Below, in pieces: positions 11,039-20,865 of a stretch of 64,000 bases of DNA; the first letter of the stretch is position 1; each line of letters starts with the position of its first letter. The notes beneath the pieces are model-generated. The model was not told the DNA's origin, did not search any database, and worked only from the letters and a program-made list of their open reading frames with translations. The DNA lies in NCBI GenBank assembly GCA_963663035.1, contig OY760074.1, positions 448,001 to 512,000 on the forward strand. The letters run 5' to 3'. The position numbers and the translations under genes are program-made. Source of the DNA: Acidobacteriota bacterium (lineage in GTDB: Bacteria > Acidobacteriota > UBA6911 > RPQK01 > JADFOI01).

Positions 11039-13390
11039 ATGACTCAATCGCTGCATTCTGTTGGCATCCTCGGTGCCGGGACCATGGGCGCCCAGATTAG
11101 TGCCCATTTTGCCAATGTCGGGGTCAGGACCCTTCTCCTGGATCTCCCCTCAGAGGGATCAGATCGCAATACTCTGGCGCGCCAGGCTGTCGAGCGCCTC
11201 TCCTCAATAAAACCACCCCCACTCTTCTCACCCCAAAAAGTGAGTCAGATCCAGGTGGGCAACTTTGAAGATGATCTGACCAGTCTTTCTTCCTGCCAGT
11301 GGATCATCGAATGTGTGGTTGAAAAAATCGAGATCAAACACAACCTCTGGGAGAAGGTGGAACCTCACCTCAGCTCTGGCACCATCGTCTCCACCAACAG
11401 CAGCGGATTGTCGGTGGCCAGGATCGCACAAGGACGCTCGGAGGATTTTCAAAGACACTGGCTGGGCACTCACTTCTTCAATCCTCCGCGATACATGAGA
11501 CTGCTGGAGTTGATCCCTACTGCCAGCACCTTGCCGGAAGTGGTCAAAGCTGTTGCCTCCCTTGGAGATCGGCTGCTGGGCAAGGGAATCGTGATCGCCA
11601 AGGATCGCCCTAACTTTGTAGCCAATCGCATCGGTGCTTTCGTGGCGATGCGAGCCATGGGACTCATGGAAGAGCTAGACCTGAGCATCGAGGAGGTCGA
11701 CACGTTGACAGGACCTGTGATGGGCTTCCCCAAGACCGGAACCTTTCGCCTGGGGGATCTGGTTGGTATCGATATCATGCTCGATGTGGTGGAAAATCTT
11801 TACCAAAACCTGCCGGAGGATTCCTGGAGAGAGAGCTTTCGTCCACCCGCCCTTTATGTGCAGCTGTTGGAGCGTGGCTGGAAAGGGCTGAAAACAGGAC
11901 AGGGGTTTTACAAAAAAGAGGGGAAGGAGATTCTGGTTCTGGATCCTGAGACCTTCGAGTACCAAAGCCGGAAGAGGGCGAAGATCCCATCTGTTGAAAA
12001 GGTTCGCAATGAATCCAGCACGATTAAGCGAATTCAGAGCCTCTTGAAGTCAAAAGATAAGGCCGGAGCTTTTCTTTGGCCCTTTCTCCGCGACATCTTT
12101 TTATACTCGGCCGAGCGGGTCCCCGAGATCACCGATGAGTACTATCAGATCGACCGAGCCATGAGGTGGGGCTTCAATTGGGAGTTTGGCCCCTTTGAAC
12201 TGTGGCAGGAGTTGGGTCTGGAAGAGATAGTGGAACGGATAGGCGAGGATGGCAAGGTGCTCCCGGAATGGGTGGAAGAGCTTCAAAAGGGTGAGCAAAA
12301 GCGCTTTTACAGTGTGGACGCCGATCAGCAACTGTTCTTCGATCTGGGGAGTCGGAAGTTCCAGGGCCTGGACCAAGATCCGGATAAGATTCAGCTCACC
12401 ATTCTCAAGCGACAAAACAAAGTCGTTCGTTCAAATTCGGGAGCCAGCTTGGTGGATCTTGGTGAAGGCGTGGTCTGTCTTGAATTTCACAGTAAGTTGA
12501 ATGCAATCGGTGCTGACATCGTGAATATGGCTCGCTGGGCTGTTGAGGAGGTAGAAAAAAACTTTCTGGGACTTGTCATCGCTAATCAGGGAGAAAACTT
12601 TTCGGTCGGGGCCAATTTGATGCTTCTGCTGCTGGAGGCTCAAGAGGGGAACCGGGAGGAGATCGATCAAATGGTTCGGGACTTCCAAAGAATGACCCTG
12701 TCCTTTCGATATTCCCCCAAGCCGGTTGTGGCTGCTCCTTTCCAACGAGTGCTGGGAGGGGGAGCTGAGATCTGTTTGGGATGTGACGCGGTGGTAGCCT
12801 CCTCAGAAACTTACATGGGACTTGTTGAGGTGGGAGTTGGCCTGGTGCCTGCTGGCGGCGGGGTCAAGGAAATGCTGATTCGTCATATCAGTGACGCTCA
12901 GTTGATTCCGGGTGCGGATCTTCTTCCGGCCGTCAAGAGGGCCTTTCAAACCATTGGCACAGCAACGGTCAGTCGAAGTGGTGAAGATGCCAGGAGGCTG
13001 CAATTCCTGCGTCCAACTGACGTCGTTGAGATCAATTCTGAGCGGCTAATCGGCAGGGCGAAGCAACGGGTCATCAGCTTGGCTGAAGGGGGCTATGTCC
13101 AGCCCGAGCAGCAGCAGAACATTCCAGTCCTGGGCAACTCCGCTCTGGCCGTCTTAAAGGTGGGGCTCCACCTCATGAGGCGAGCCGGATACATCTCAGA
13201 TCACGACGCGCTAATAGGGAAAAAGCTCGCCTACATTCTCACGGGCGGTGACACCAACCATGCGACAACCGTTTCTGAACAGTACCTGCTAGATCTCGAG
13301 CGGGAGGCCTTTCTCTCCCTGTGTGGAGAAAGAAAGACACTGGAACGAATTCAGCACACCCTCAAAACCGGCAAGCCGCTTAGAAATTAG
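11039..13390 (+). CDS. 3-hydroxyacyl-CoA dehydrogenase/enoyl-CoA hydratase (FadN-like)
   Basis: N-terminal LGAGTMG and HFFNPP; C-terminal crotonase domain (FSVGANL, LGGGAE, GLVEVGVG). Confidence 0.9.
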   Translation: MTQSLHSVGILGAGTMGAQISAHFANVGVRTLLLDLPSEGSDRNTLARQAVERLSSIKPPPLFSPQKVSQIQVGNFEDDLTSLSSCQWIIECVVEKIEIKHNLWEKVEPHLSSGTIVSTNSSGLSVARIAQGRSEDFQRHWLGTHFFNPPRYMRLLELIPTASTLPEVVKAVASLGDRLLGKGIVIAKDRPNFVANRIGAFVAMRAMGLMEELDLSIEEVDTLTGPVMGFPKTGTFRLGDLVGIDIMLDVVENLYQNLPEDSWRESFRPPALYVQLLERGWKGLKTGQGFYKKEGKEILVLDPETFEYQSRKRAKIPSVEKVRNESSTIKRIQSLLKSKDKAGAFLWPFLRDIFLYSAERVPEITDEYYQIDRAMRWGFNWEFGPFELWQELGLEEIVERIGEDGKVLPEWVEELQKGEQKRFYSVDADQQLFFDLGSRKFQGLDQDPDKIQLTILKRQNKVVRSNSGASLVDLGEGVVCLEFHSKLNAIGADIVNMARWAVEEVEKNFLGLVIANQGENFSVGANLMLLLLEAQEGNREEIDQMVRDFQRMTLSFRYSPKPVVAAPFQRVLGGGAEICLGCDAVVASSETYMGLVEVGVGLVPAGGGVKEMLIRHISDAQLIPGADLLPAVKRAFQTIGTATVSRSGEDARRLQFLRPTDVVEINSERLIGRAKQRVISLAEGGYVQPEQQQNIPVLGNSALAVLKVGLHLMRRAGYISDHDALIGKKLAYILTGGDTNHATTVSEQYLLDLEREAFLSLCGERKTLERIQHTLKTGKPLRN

Positions 13391-13423
13391 GAGGTAGGAG
13401 GCAGGAGTCAGGAGGCAGGAGAC
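13389..13423 (+). repeat. Heptamer array, 5 x AGGAGNN
   Basis: AGGAGGT AGGAGGC AGGAGTC AGGAGGC AGGAGAC, starting inside the stop codon of the FadN-like gene. Confidence 0.9.
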
Positions 13424-13526
13424 TAACCACCGCCGACCTTCGGCCGGCGGAAATTCAAAATTCCAAAGCCCAAATCCCAAACAAACTCGAAGTCCGAAAC
13501 CTGGAACGCGCGCGAAGCGCGCTAAA

Positions 13527-13848
13527 TCCTACCTCCTACCTCCTGCCTCCTGCCTCCTACCTCCTACCTCCTACCTCCTACCTCCTACCTCCTACCTCCT
13601 GCCTCCTACCTCCTACCTCCTACCTCCTACCTCCTACCTCCTACCTCCTACCTCCTACCTCCTACCTCCTACCTCCTACCTCCTACCTCCTACCTCCTAC
13701 CTCCTACCTCCTACCTCCTACCTCCTACCTCCTACCTCCTACCTCCTACCTCCTACCTCCTACCTCCTGCCTCCTACCTCCTACCTCCTACCTCCTGCCT
13801 CCTACCTCCTACCTCCTACCTCCTACCTCCTACCCCCTCCCTCCTACT
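13527..13848 (+). repeat. Long heptamer tandem array (TCCTRCC)44 plus 2 degenerate units
   Basis: By manual count, 39 TCCTACC and 5 TCCTGCC units at 13527-13834. Reverse complement of the array at 13389. Confidence 0.97.
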
Positions 13849-13854
13849 TTTCCC

Positions 13855-13883
13855 TTGACTGTTCTGTTTTAGTGTGTTAAAAC
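13855..13883 (+). promoter_or_regulatory. Putative sigma70 promoter of the his operon with overlapping palindromic operator
   Basis: TTGACT-N17-TAAAAC. Palindrome GTTTTA-N6-TAAAAC at 13866-13883. ATG follows the -10 after 6 nt. Confidence 0.65.
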
Positions 13884-13889
13884 GTTAGC

Positions 13890-14198
13890 ATGGAACGAGA
13901 ATTGGAGACCGATTCGAGTGTGCAGGAGTTGTTCGAGGCCATTGCTCACCTCAAGGACCCGGCCGAGTGTGCCCGCTTCTTTCGGGACTTGTGCACCCTG
14001 CCCGAGTTAAAGGCCATGGCCGAGCGATGGAAAGTCGCTGGGATGGTGTCCGAGAATATCCCTTACCGAAAGATTAGCTTTCGCACAGGTGCGAGTACGG
14101 CCACCATCACCCGTATTGCCCACTGGTTGAATTATGGTGAGGGGGGATACCGATTGATGCTGGAGCGTGCAGAGAAGCGGAAGAAGAGTAAGAGATGA
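13890..14198 (+). CDS. TrpR-like YerC/YecD family regulator (probable histidine repressor)
   Basis: Motifs FFRDLCTLPEL and YRKISFRTGASTATITRIAHWLNYGEGGY; first gene of the his operon. Confidence 0.88.
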   Translation: MERELETDSSVQELFEAIAHLKDPAECARFFRDLCTLPELKAMAERWKVAGMVSENIPYRKISFRTGASTATITRIAHWLNYGEGGYRLMLERAEKRKKSKR

Positions 14199-15073
14199 AG
14201 TTAAACGGTGAGAAGTTAAAGATTACGGTGCAGAAAACGGGCCGCTTGGGGGAGCCTTCCAGGCAACTGCTCAAGTCCATTGGCCTGGATTTTGAGTCTG
14301 ACGAAGGACGATTGTTCTCGCCCTGCGTGAATTTTCCACTGGACATCCTTTTTCTGCGTGACGACGACATTCCGGAGTACGTTCAGGATGGGATCACTGA
14401 TCTCGGCATCGTGGGACTGAATGTCGTCCAGGAGAAGGCTGCCCAGGTGGTCCAACTGGATGCCCTCGGCTTTGGGACCTGCAATTTGTCGCTTGCTGTG
14501 CCCAAAAACAGCTCCTTTCAAAGTGTCTACGACCTGAAGGATAAGCGCATCGCCACTTCTCATCCTCGAATACTGGAAGACTTTCTTGAGAAGAGAAAAG
14601 TCAAGGCTCGAATAATTGAGATTAGTGGGTCGGTAGAAATCACCCCAAGTCTCGATGTGGCCGACGCCATCTGTGATTTAGTTTCAACAGGAAGCACTTT
14701 GCGCATCAACGAGCTGCGGCCGATTGAGATCATTCTGAAGTCAGAAGCTTTTTTAATTGCCAATGCCCAAGCTCTGCAGGACCCCACACGCAAAGAGCTG
14801 ACCGAACGGCTTCGGGTGCGCTTTCAGGCACACCTCAGAGCCCGCAGGACGAAATATGTGATGATGAATGCTCCCAAAGGGGCCCTGGAAGAGATCAAGG
14901 GTATCTTGCCTGGGATGAAAAGTCCCACGGTTGTGCCCTTGGCCGAAAAGGACATGCTGGCCATTCACTCCGCGGTTCCAGAGGAGCTTTTCTGGGATGT
15001 CATCGAAAAACTGAGGAAGGCCGGTGCTTCCGACATTCTCGTCGTCCCCATAGAGAAGATGGTGGTGGAATGA
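14195..15073 (+). CDS. hisG: ATP phosphoribosyltransferase, long form
   Basis: Motifs QKTGRL, RDDDIP, GSVEITP and DLVSTGSTL; C-terminal regulatory domain. Confidence 0.95.
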   Translation: MKLNGEKLKITVQKTGRLGEPSRQLLKSIGLDFESDEGRLFSPCVNFPLDILFLRDDDIPEYVQDGITDLGIVGLNVVQEKAAQVVQLDALGFGTCNLSLAVPKNSSFQSVYDLKDKRIATSHPRILEDFLEKRKVKARIIEISGSVEITPSLDVADAICDLVSTGSTLRINELRPIEIILKSEAFLIANAQALQDPTRKELTERLRVRFQAHLRARRTKYVMMNAPKGALEEIKGILPGMKSPTVVPLAEKDMLAIHSAVPEELFWDVIEKLRKAGASDILVVPIEKMVVE

Positions 15074-16380
15074 AATCCTATCGACTGGCAGACCTGAGCC
15101 AGGAGGACCTCAAAAAGTTGTGCCGGCGCAATCCCATTGCTGATCCGTCAGTGATGGAAACCTGCCGCAGTATTTTCGATGATGTCTCTCGACTGGGTGA
15201 TGAAGCCGTTCGGGAGTGTACGCGTCGCTTTGACGGCGTGGATCTGTCGGAACTTCGAGTCTCGAGCCAGGAGTTTTCTCAGGCTGAAGAGTGCGTCTCG
15301 AGCCCGGCTGTAAAGGCGCTGGAGAGGGCGGCACAAAACATCCGCAAGTTTCACACTGCCCAGCAGATTTCCGAAGGGCCGGTAGAGGTCGAGCCGGGAG
15401 TTCGCTGTTGGCGAGAAGCCCGTGCCATTGAGTCAGTTGGACTCTATGTTCCAGGTGGGAATGCGGTTCTCCCTTCCACTGTTCTCATGCTTGGAATTCC
15501 TGCTCGACTGGCAGGTTGTCAAGAGATCCAGTTGTGTGTGCCTCCTCGCCAGGACGGTACCGTGTCCCCTGAAGTGCTGCTTGCCGCACAAATCTCGGGT
15601 CTCAGCCAGGTTTTTAAGATAGGCGGTGCGCAGGCCATCGCCGCCATGGCTCTGGGAACCGAGACGGTCCCCAGAGTGGTTAAAATTGTGGGGCCCGGCA
15701 ATCGCTGGGTCCAGACGGCTAAATTACTGGCTGTGCTCAAAGGGGTTGCCATTGACATGGTGGCTGGTCCAACGGAGGTTCTGGTCGTTGCCGATGAATC
15801 GGCTTCGCCTCCATTGATCGCCAGTGACCTGATATCTCAGGCTGAACACGGAAGCGACAGTCGGGCCATTTTGGTGTCGACCTCAGGGGAGGTTCTGGAG
15901 GAAGTGATCCAGCTGGTGGAGCATCAAGTCCAGGATCTACCCCGCAGGGACTTAGCCTCGAAGGCGCTGGGCGAGAGTTTTGCTGTGCTGGCGCAGTCCA
16001 TGGATGCAGTCTTCGATTTCGTCAATCTGTATGCTCCGGAGCACTTGATTTTGCATCTGGAAGCCCCCAGGAAATGGATGAAGAAGGTTCGAAGCGCCGG
16101 ATCGGTCTTTCTGGGCGCCTGGTCCCCTGAAGTTGCCGGGGACTATGCTTCCGGGACCAATCACACGCTGCCCACCTCGGGTCTCGCCCAGGCCTTTTCG
16201 GGCGTGTCTCTGGATACCTTCGTCAAGAAGATTACTTTCCAGGAATTAACTCAAGAGGGGCTCCGGGAACTCGCACCCACCTTGGAAGCCTTGGCCGAAC
16301 TGGAGGGCCTGGAGGGGCATCGGCGTGCAGTTCGCGCCAGGCTAGAAAATAGGAGTCAGGAGTCAGGAGACAGGAGGTAG
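15070..16380 (+). CDS. hisD: Histidinol dehydrogenase
   Basis: Motifs GLYVPGG, GGAQAIAA, SQAEH, APEHL and GDYASGTNHTLPT. Confidence 0.96.
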   Translation: MKSYRLADLSQEDLKKLCRRNPIADPSVMETCRSIFDDVSRLGDEAVRECTRRFDGVDLSELRVSSQEFSQAEECVSSPAVKALERAAQNIRKFHTAQQISEGPVEVEPGVRCWREARAIESVGLYVPGGNAVLPSTVLMLGIPARLAGCQEIQLCVPPRQDGTVSPEVLLAAQISGLSQVFKIGGAQAIAAMALGTETVPRVVKIVGPGNRWVQTAKLLAVLKGVAIDMVAGPTEVLVVADESASPPLIASDLISQAEHGSDSRAILVSTSGEVLEEVIQLVEHQVQDLPRRDLASKALGESFAVLAQSMDAVFDFVNLYAPEHLILHLEAPRKWMKKVRSAGSVFLGAWSPEVAGDYASGTNHTLPTSGLAQAFSGVSLDTFVKKITFQELTQEGLRELAPTLEALAELEGLEGHRRAVRARLENRSQESGDRR

Positions 16381-16462
16381 GAGGCAACAGACAAGAGACC
16401 GCTGACAACACAATGCTGACAACTGACAATTGGCAGCAGAGAACAGAGAAGAGAAAACAGAT
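16351..16462 (+). repeat. Heptamer array with drifting unit sequence (16 units in phase)
   Basis: AGGAGTC changes to AACAGAC, AACTGAC and AACAGAG without losing 7-nt phase. Contains the hisD stop. Confidence 0.8.
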
Positions 16463-16477
16463 CACTGGAACTTGAAG

Positions 16478-17530
16478 ATGGACGTTACCGCCCTCATGAG
16501 ACCCAATATCCTGTCACTAGAGCCGTATCACTCTGCCCGGGAGACAATCCAAGAAGGTATTCTGCTCGATGCCAACGAAAGTCCCTTCACTCAGGAGTGG
16601 CAAGGTATCGGATTGAACCGCTATCCAGACCCCTATCAGAGAAAGCTGCGCAAGGCCATTGCTCAATACCTGGGGGTGAAGATGGACAACGTTTTGGCAG
16701 GAGCGGGTTCCGATGAGGTTCTGGACTGGATTTTTAAGGTGTTTTGCCAGCCCGGGAAAGACCGCGTTGCTATTGCAGAGCCGACCTACGGGATGTACCG
16801 AGTGACAGCCAACATCTTTGGCATCCCCTGTTTTGAGTTCCCCTTCGACAAGAGATTTGACTTCCGTGCAGAGCGGTTCCTGGAAGTGGTTCCCGCCAAC
16901 ACGAAGGTTCTGTTTTTGTGCTCACCCAACAACCCAACTGGGAACTTGCTGGATCGTGACCAGATTCTCCAGCTCTCGCGAAAATGGAAGAAGATCGTGG
17001 TGGTCGACGAGGCTTATATCGAGTTTGCAGAGCACTCTTCGCTGGTGGCTGATCTGGATGGGATTCCCAATCTGATTCTTCTCAGGACGCTGTCAAAAGC
17101 TTTTGGACGGGCGGGAATCCGCCTTGGCTATGCGGTCGCTTCCCCAGAGGTTGTTGCCCATTTCTTGAAGGTAAAGGCTCCCTATAACTTGAGTGCCCTG
17201 ACCATGGAGAACGGATGCCAGGTGCTCGGAGAGTCTGAAGGCCACTTACGCTGGGTACAGGAGATTCGAAGGGAGCGTGAGAGAGTGGCCGCCCAGCTGA
17301 GTGAAATGCCGCAAATCGAACAGGTCTTTTCTTCTCAGGCCAATTTTTTACTTTTTCGTTCTCCTCAGGCCTCTCTGATTTGCGACCGGCTTCTGGAGAA
17401 GCAGATAGTTGTGCGAGACCGAAGTTCGCTAACCGGGCTGGAAAATTGTATTCGAGTGAGTATAGGGACCGCATCGGAAAATGATTTGTTCCTCGGTGAA
17501 TTACAAAGAATTGTGAAGGGGAGTTTATGA
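16478..17530 (+). CDS. hisC: Histidinol-phosphate aminotransferase
   Basis: Motifs LDANE, NRYPD, SPNNPTG, DEAY and RTLSKAFG. Start set to the ATG at 16478. Confidence 0.94.
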   Translation: MDVTALMRPNILSLEPYHSARETIQEGILLDANESPFTQEWQGIGLNRYPDPYQRKLRKAIAQYLGVKMDNVLAGAGSDEVLDWIFKVFCQPGKDRVAIAEPTYGMYRVTANIFGIPCFEFPFDKRFDFRAERFLEVVPANTKVLFLCSPNNPTGNLLDRDQILQLSRKWKKIVVVDEAYIEFAEHSSLVADLDGIPNLILLRTLSKAFGRAGIRLGYAVASPEVVAHFLKVKAPYNLSALTMENGCQVLGESEGHLRWVQEIRRERERVAAQLSEMPQIEQVFSSQANFLLFRSPQASLICDRLLEKQIVVRDRSSLTGLENCIRVSIGTASENDLFLGELQRIVKGSL

Positions 17531-18123
17531 GCCAACGCACTGTATCAGTCAAAAGAGAGACACGTGAAACCAAAATTGAGATTGATTTGAATCTGGACGG
17601 ACAAGGCAAGTGCACCTGCTCAGTCGGTCTGGGATTTCTCGAGCATATGCTCGAACTGTTGGCAGCTCATGCCCGGATCGATCTGAAGGTCCAGGCTCAG
17701 GGTGATGTGGAAGTGGATGATCATCATCTCACGGAGGATTTGGGAATTACCTTAGGCCAGGCCATCGATAAGGCTCTTGGAACGAAAGAGGGGATCCAGA
17801 GATATGGGTTTGTACTGCTTCCCATGGATGAAGTCCTGGTTGCCGTGGCTGTAGACGTGGGGGGGCGCTTTGCTTTTTGCTGTGACTACCAACCCCAAAG
17901 GGAGCGAGTCGGCGATCTTTCGACTGAGTTGATACCTCACTTTTTTAAATCCCTGGCCATCGCTGCAAAGTGCAATCTGCATTTCAATTTTCTTAATCGG
18001 GGCGAAAATGAGCACCATCGTATTGAGGCAATGTTCAAAGGCTTCGCGAGATCGCTGCGGATGGCTGTTGAGATTGACCGCGGGGCGAAAGGGCAGATTC
18101 CATCAACAAAGGGAGTGCTGTAA
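17527..18123 (+). CDS. hisB: Imidazoleglycerol-phosphate dehydratase (monofunctional)
   Basis: Motifs RETRET, DDHHLTED, PMDE, NEHHRIE and PSTKG. Confidence 0.95.
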   Translation: MSQRTVSVKRETRETKIEIDLNLDGQGKCTCSVGLGFLEHMLELLAAHARIDLKVQAQGDVEVDDHHLTEDLGITLGQAIDKALGTKEGIQRYGFVLLPMDEVLVAVAVDVGGRFAFCCDYQPQRERVGDLSTELIPHFFKSLAIAAKCNLHFNFLNRGENEHHRIEAMFKGFARSLRMAVEIDRGAKGQIPSTKGVL

Positions 18124-18134
18124 GCAAGAGAGTA

Positions 18135-18740
18135 ATGATCGTCGTTATCGATTACAAAGCTGGCAACCTCTACAACGTAGGGAATGCCCTGAAGTATCTG
18201 AAAGCAAAATTTGTTTTCTCGGGTGATCCGGCCGTGGTGAGCCGGGCCGATAAGGTCATTCTCCCGGGGGTAGGATCGGCCAGAGCCGCCATGGACTCTT
18301 TGGCTGACCAGGACCTGGTAGAGGTGCTGCAGCGACTTCGAGTGCCCTTTTTGGGGATTTGCCTGGGACTTCAACTCCTCTTCGAGGTTTCTGAGGAGGA
18401 CAATACGCAGTGTCTGGGTGTTCTTCCGGGAGCGGTCCGTCGGTTCAACAGCTCTCAAGTCAAGGTTCCTCACATTGGTTGGAATCAGGTCGAAGGCGTG
18501 GGTGGTTCCTCCCAACTGCCTTCGAGTCTCCTCCAAGACATTTCCGAGGAGAGTTTCTTCTACTTTGTTCACAGCTATTTCGCTCCTATAGTGAATTCTG
18601 TCACCTTGGGCCAAACCGAATATGGAAACTGGTTTGGGTCGCATGTCGTGCAAGATAACTTTTACGGGGTGCAGTTTCATCCCGAAAGATCAGGAGAAGT
18701 CGGTCTCAAAGTGCTTCAGAACTTTTTGGAGGTTCAATAG
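18135..18740 (+). CDS. hisH: IGP synthase glutamine amidotransferase subunit
   Basis: Motifs LPGVG, GICLG, PHIGWN, YFVHSY and QFHPE. Confidence 0.96.
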   Translation: MIVVIDYKAGNLYNVGNALKYLKAKFVFSGDPAVVSRADKVILPGVGSARAAMDSLADQDLVEVLQRLRVPFLGICLGLQLLFEVSEEDNTQCLGVLPGAVRRFNSSQVKVPHIGWNQVEGVGGSSQLPSSLLQDISEESFFYFVHSYFAPIVNSVTLGQTEYGNWFGSHVVQDNFYGVQFHPERSGEVGLKVLQNFLEVQ

Positions 18741-18742
18741 TC

Positions 18743-19462
18743 GTGATCGTAATCCCGGCCATCGATCTGATTTCCGGACAATGTGTCCGTCTTTATCAAG
18801 GTGACTTTGGCCAACAAACGACCTATCGAAACGACCCTGTCGAGCAGGCGCGAGAATTCCAAGCAGCCGGCTTTGCTCGTTTGCACGTGGTTGACCTTGA
18901 AGGAGCGCGTGCAGGGTCGGGTCAAAATCGACAGGTTATCCGTCTTCTGGCTGAGGCGGTGGACCTTCCGATCCAGATGGGAGGAGGCCTGCGCACAGAG
19001 GAGGATGTCTCGGAGTCGCTCGGCATTGGTGTGCAATACCTGATTTTGGGGACGGCCGCATTGACCGATCCCCAACGTGTAACCCGTTGGGTTGAGAGGT
19101 GGGGTCCCACTCCCTTCATGATCAGTCTTGATTTAAAAGGGAAGGGTCTTCGCAGCCAGGGCTGGTTGGAGTCAAGTGGCGTTGAGCTCAATGAGGCGCT
19201 GGATCGAGTTGCCGGGTGGGGGATCCTACAAGTGATTTGTACAGACGTTGAAAGTGACGGCACGCTCAGACACCCGAACTACGCACTTTATAGAGAGTTA
19301 CGCGCCCAGCTTCCAGGTAAAGTCACACTGTTTGCAGCTGGGGGGATTAGCCGGCCGGAACACGTTTCAAAGCTCGAAGAGATAGGTGTCGATGGGGTCG
19401 TGGTGGGGCGCGCTCTGTATGAGGGTGGCATGGAATGGGAGAGGTTTATTGATGCTGGCTAA
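18743..19462 (+). CDS. hisA: ProFAR isomerase
   Basis: Motifs [26 protein letters not shown] and CTDVESDG. Confidence 0.94.
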   Translation: MIVIPAIDLISGQCVRLYQGDFGQQTTYRNDPVEQAREFQAAGFARLHVVDLEGARAGSGQNRQVIRLLAEAVDLPIQMGGGLRTEEDVSESLGIGVQYLILGTAALTDPQRVTRWVERWGPTPFMISLDLKGKGLRSQGWLESSGVELNEALDRVAGWGILQVICTDVESDGTLRHPNYALYRELRAQLPGKVTLFAAGGISRPEHVSKLEEIGVDGVVVGRALYEGGMEWERFIDAG

Positions 19463-20243
19463 CAGGATCATCCCCTGTTTGGATGTCTCGGGAGGACGGG
19501 TGGTCAAGGGAGTCCACTTTCTGGACCTAAAAGATGCAGGTGATCCCGTCGAGTTGGGACGCCGCTATTATCGAGAAGGCGCTGATGAGCTGGTTTTTCT
19601 GGACATCACGGCCACCGTGGAGGAGCGGAAAACAGTGGTGGAATGGGTAAAGCGGGTGGCCGATTCGATCTTCATTCCCTTTACCGTAGGTGGTGGGATC
19701 AGTACCGTCAGTCAAGTTCATGACCTGCTGCGTGCTGGAGCCGACAAGGTTTCGATCAACAGTGCGGCGGTGAGAAATCCTGACTTGTTGCGTGAGGCCG
19801 CCCTGGCCTTTGGATCTCAGTGCATTGTCCTGGCAGTGGATGCCAAAAGAGCCCAGGCCAGCTGGAAGGTATTTGTTAACGGAGGACGAGTGGAAACAGA
19901 GCGCGATGCCATCGAATGGATTCGTCAGGCAGAAGAGCTCGGGGTGGGGGAAATCCTTCTCACCTCCATGGACAATGATGGCACTCAGGAGGGATACGAT
20001 CTGAAGCTCCTGCGTGCTGTCTCTGAGTGCATCCGAATACCCGTCATAGCCTCTGGTGGAGCCGGTGCACCTGAGCATCTCCTGGAAGCTCTCAAAGCAG
20101 GGGCGGATGCGGTTTTGGCGGCCAGTATTTTCCATTACGACCAGTATTCGGTCGCTGAGGTGAAGGAATTCCTGGCCAGAAACTCGGTAACTGTGAGAAC
20201 TCTAAGAGAGAATACAGAATACAGAATACAGAATACAGAATAA
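19452..20243 (+). CDS. hisF: IGP synthase cyclase subunit
   Basis: Starts [18 protein letters not shown]; [13 protein letters not shown] at 19452 overlaps hisA. Confidence 0.96.
   Translation: MLANRIIPCLDVSGGRVVKGVHFLDLKDAGDPVELGRRYYREGADELVFLDITATVEERKTVVEWVKRVADSIFIPFTVGGGISTVSQVHDLLRAGADKVSINSAAVRNPDLLREAALAFGSQCIVLAVDAKRAQASWKVFVNGGRVETERDAIEWIRQAEELGVGEILLTSMDNDGTQEGYDLKLLRAVSECIRIPVIASGGAGAPEHLLEALKAGADAVLAASIFHYDQYSVAEVKEFLARNSVTVRTLRENTEYRIQNTE
20210..20242 (+). repeat. Heptamer array (AATACAG)4
   Basis: Four perfect units encode the HisF tail [10 protein letters not shown] and run into the TAA. Confidence 0.9.
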
Positions 20244-20259
20244 GAGGCCTAGTTTGAGG

Positions 20260-20865
20260 ATGGATATCAAGCAGCTGGATTGGAAGAAGATGAAGGGTCT
20301 GATCCCGGCCATTGTTCAAGATGGGAACACCGGCCGGGTCCTGATGCTGGGATTTATGAACCAAGAGGCTCTGGAGAAGACTCTGGAGAGTCGATTGGTG
20401 ACCTTCTGGAGTCGTAGTCGGAAAGCCCTGTGGACAAAGGGAGAGACTTCCGGGAATTATCTTAAGCTGCACAAGATCAGTCACGATTGCGACTGTGATG
20501 CTCTGATCCTGGTGGTTGAGCCTCAGGGACCCTGTTGTCATCGCGGTACGCTTTCCTGCTTCGCTCCGGACGACGAATTCACCGGTCCTGAGTTCTTGGG
20601 ATATCTGGAGCGGCTGATTGCGGATCGGCGAAAAGAAATGCCGGATGGTTCCTACACCGCGGCGCTATTCGCCAAGGGACTTCCCGAGATGGCAAAAAAA
20701 GTGGGGGAAGAGGCTATTGAGGTGGTCCTCTCAGTGACTCAAGAGAAGCGGCAATCCATTGAAGAGACTGCTGATCTGCTCTATCACCTGTTGGTTTTTC
20801 TGGCTGAGAGGGAGGTCCCGCTCGGGGAAGTGCTGGAAGAGTTGAAAACCCGGCACTTTAAATAG
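20260..20865 (+). CDS. hisIE: Bifunctional phosphoribosyl-AMP cyclohydrolase/phosphoribosyl-ATP pyrophosphatase
   Basis: Motifs LWTKGETSGN, DCDCDA, CHRG, KKVGEEA and DLLYH. Confidence 0.95.
   Translation: MDIKQLDWKKMKGLIPAIVQDGNTGRVLMLGFMNQEALEKTLESRLVTFWSRSRKALWTKGETSGNYLKLHKISHDCDCDALILVVEPQGPCCHRGTLSCFAPDDEFTGPEFLGYLERLIADRRKEMPDGSYTAALFAKGLPEMAKKVGEEAIEVVLSVTQEKRQSIEETADLLYHLLVFLAEREVPLGEVLEELKTRHFK

Noticed and set aside
13527-13848. Possible CRISPR array
   Set aside because: It is a contiguous 7-nt tandem repeat without spacers, and no cas genes are present.
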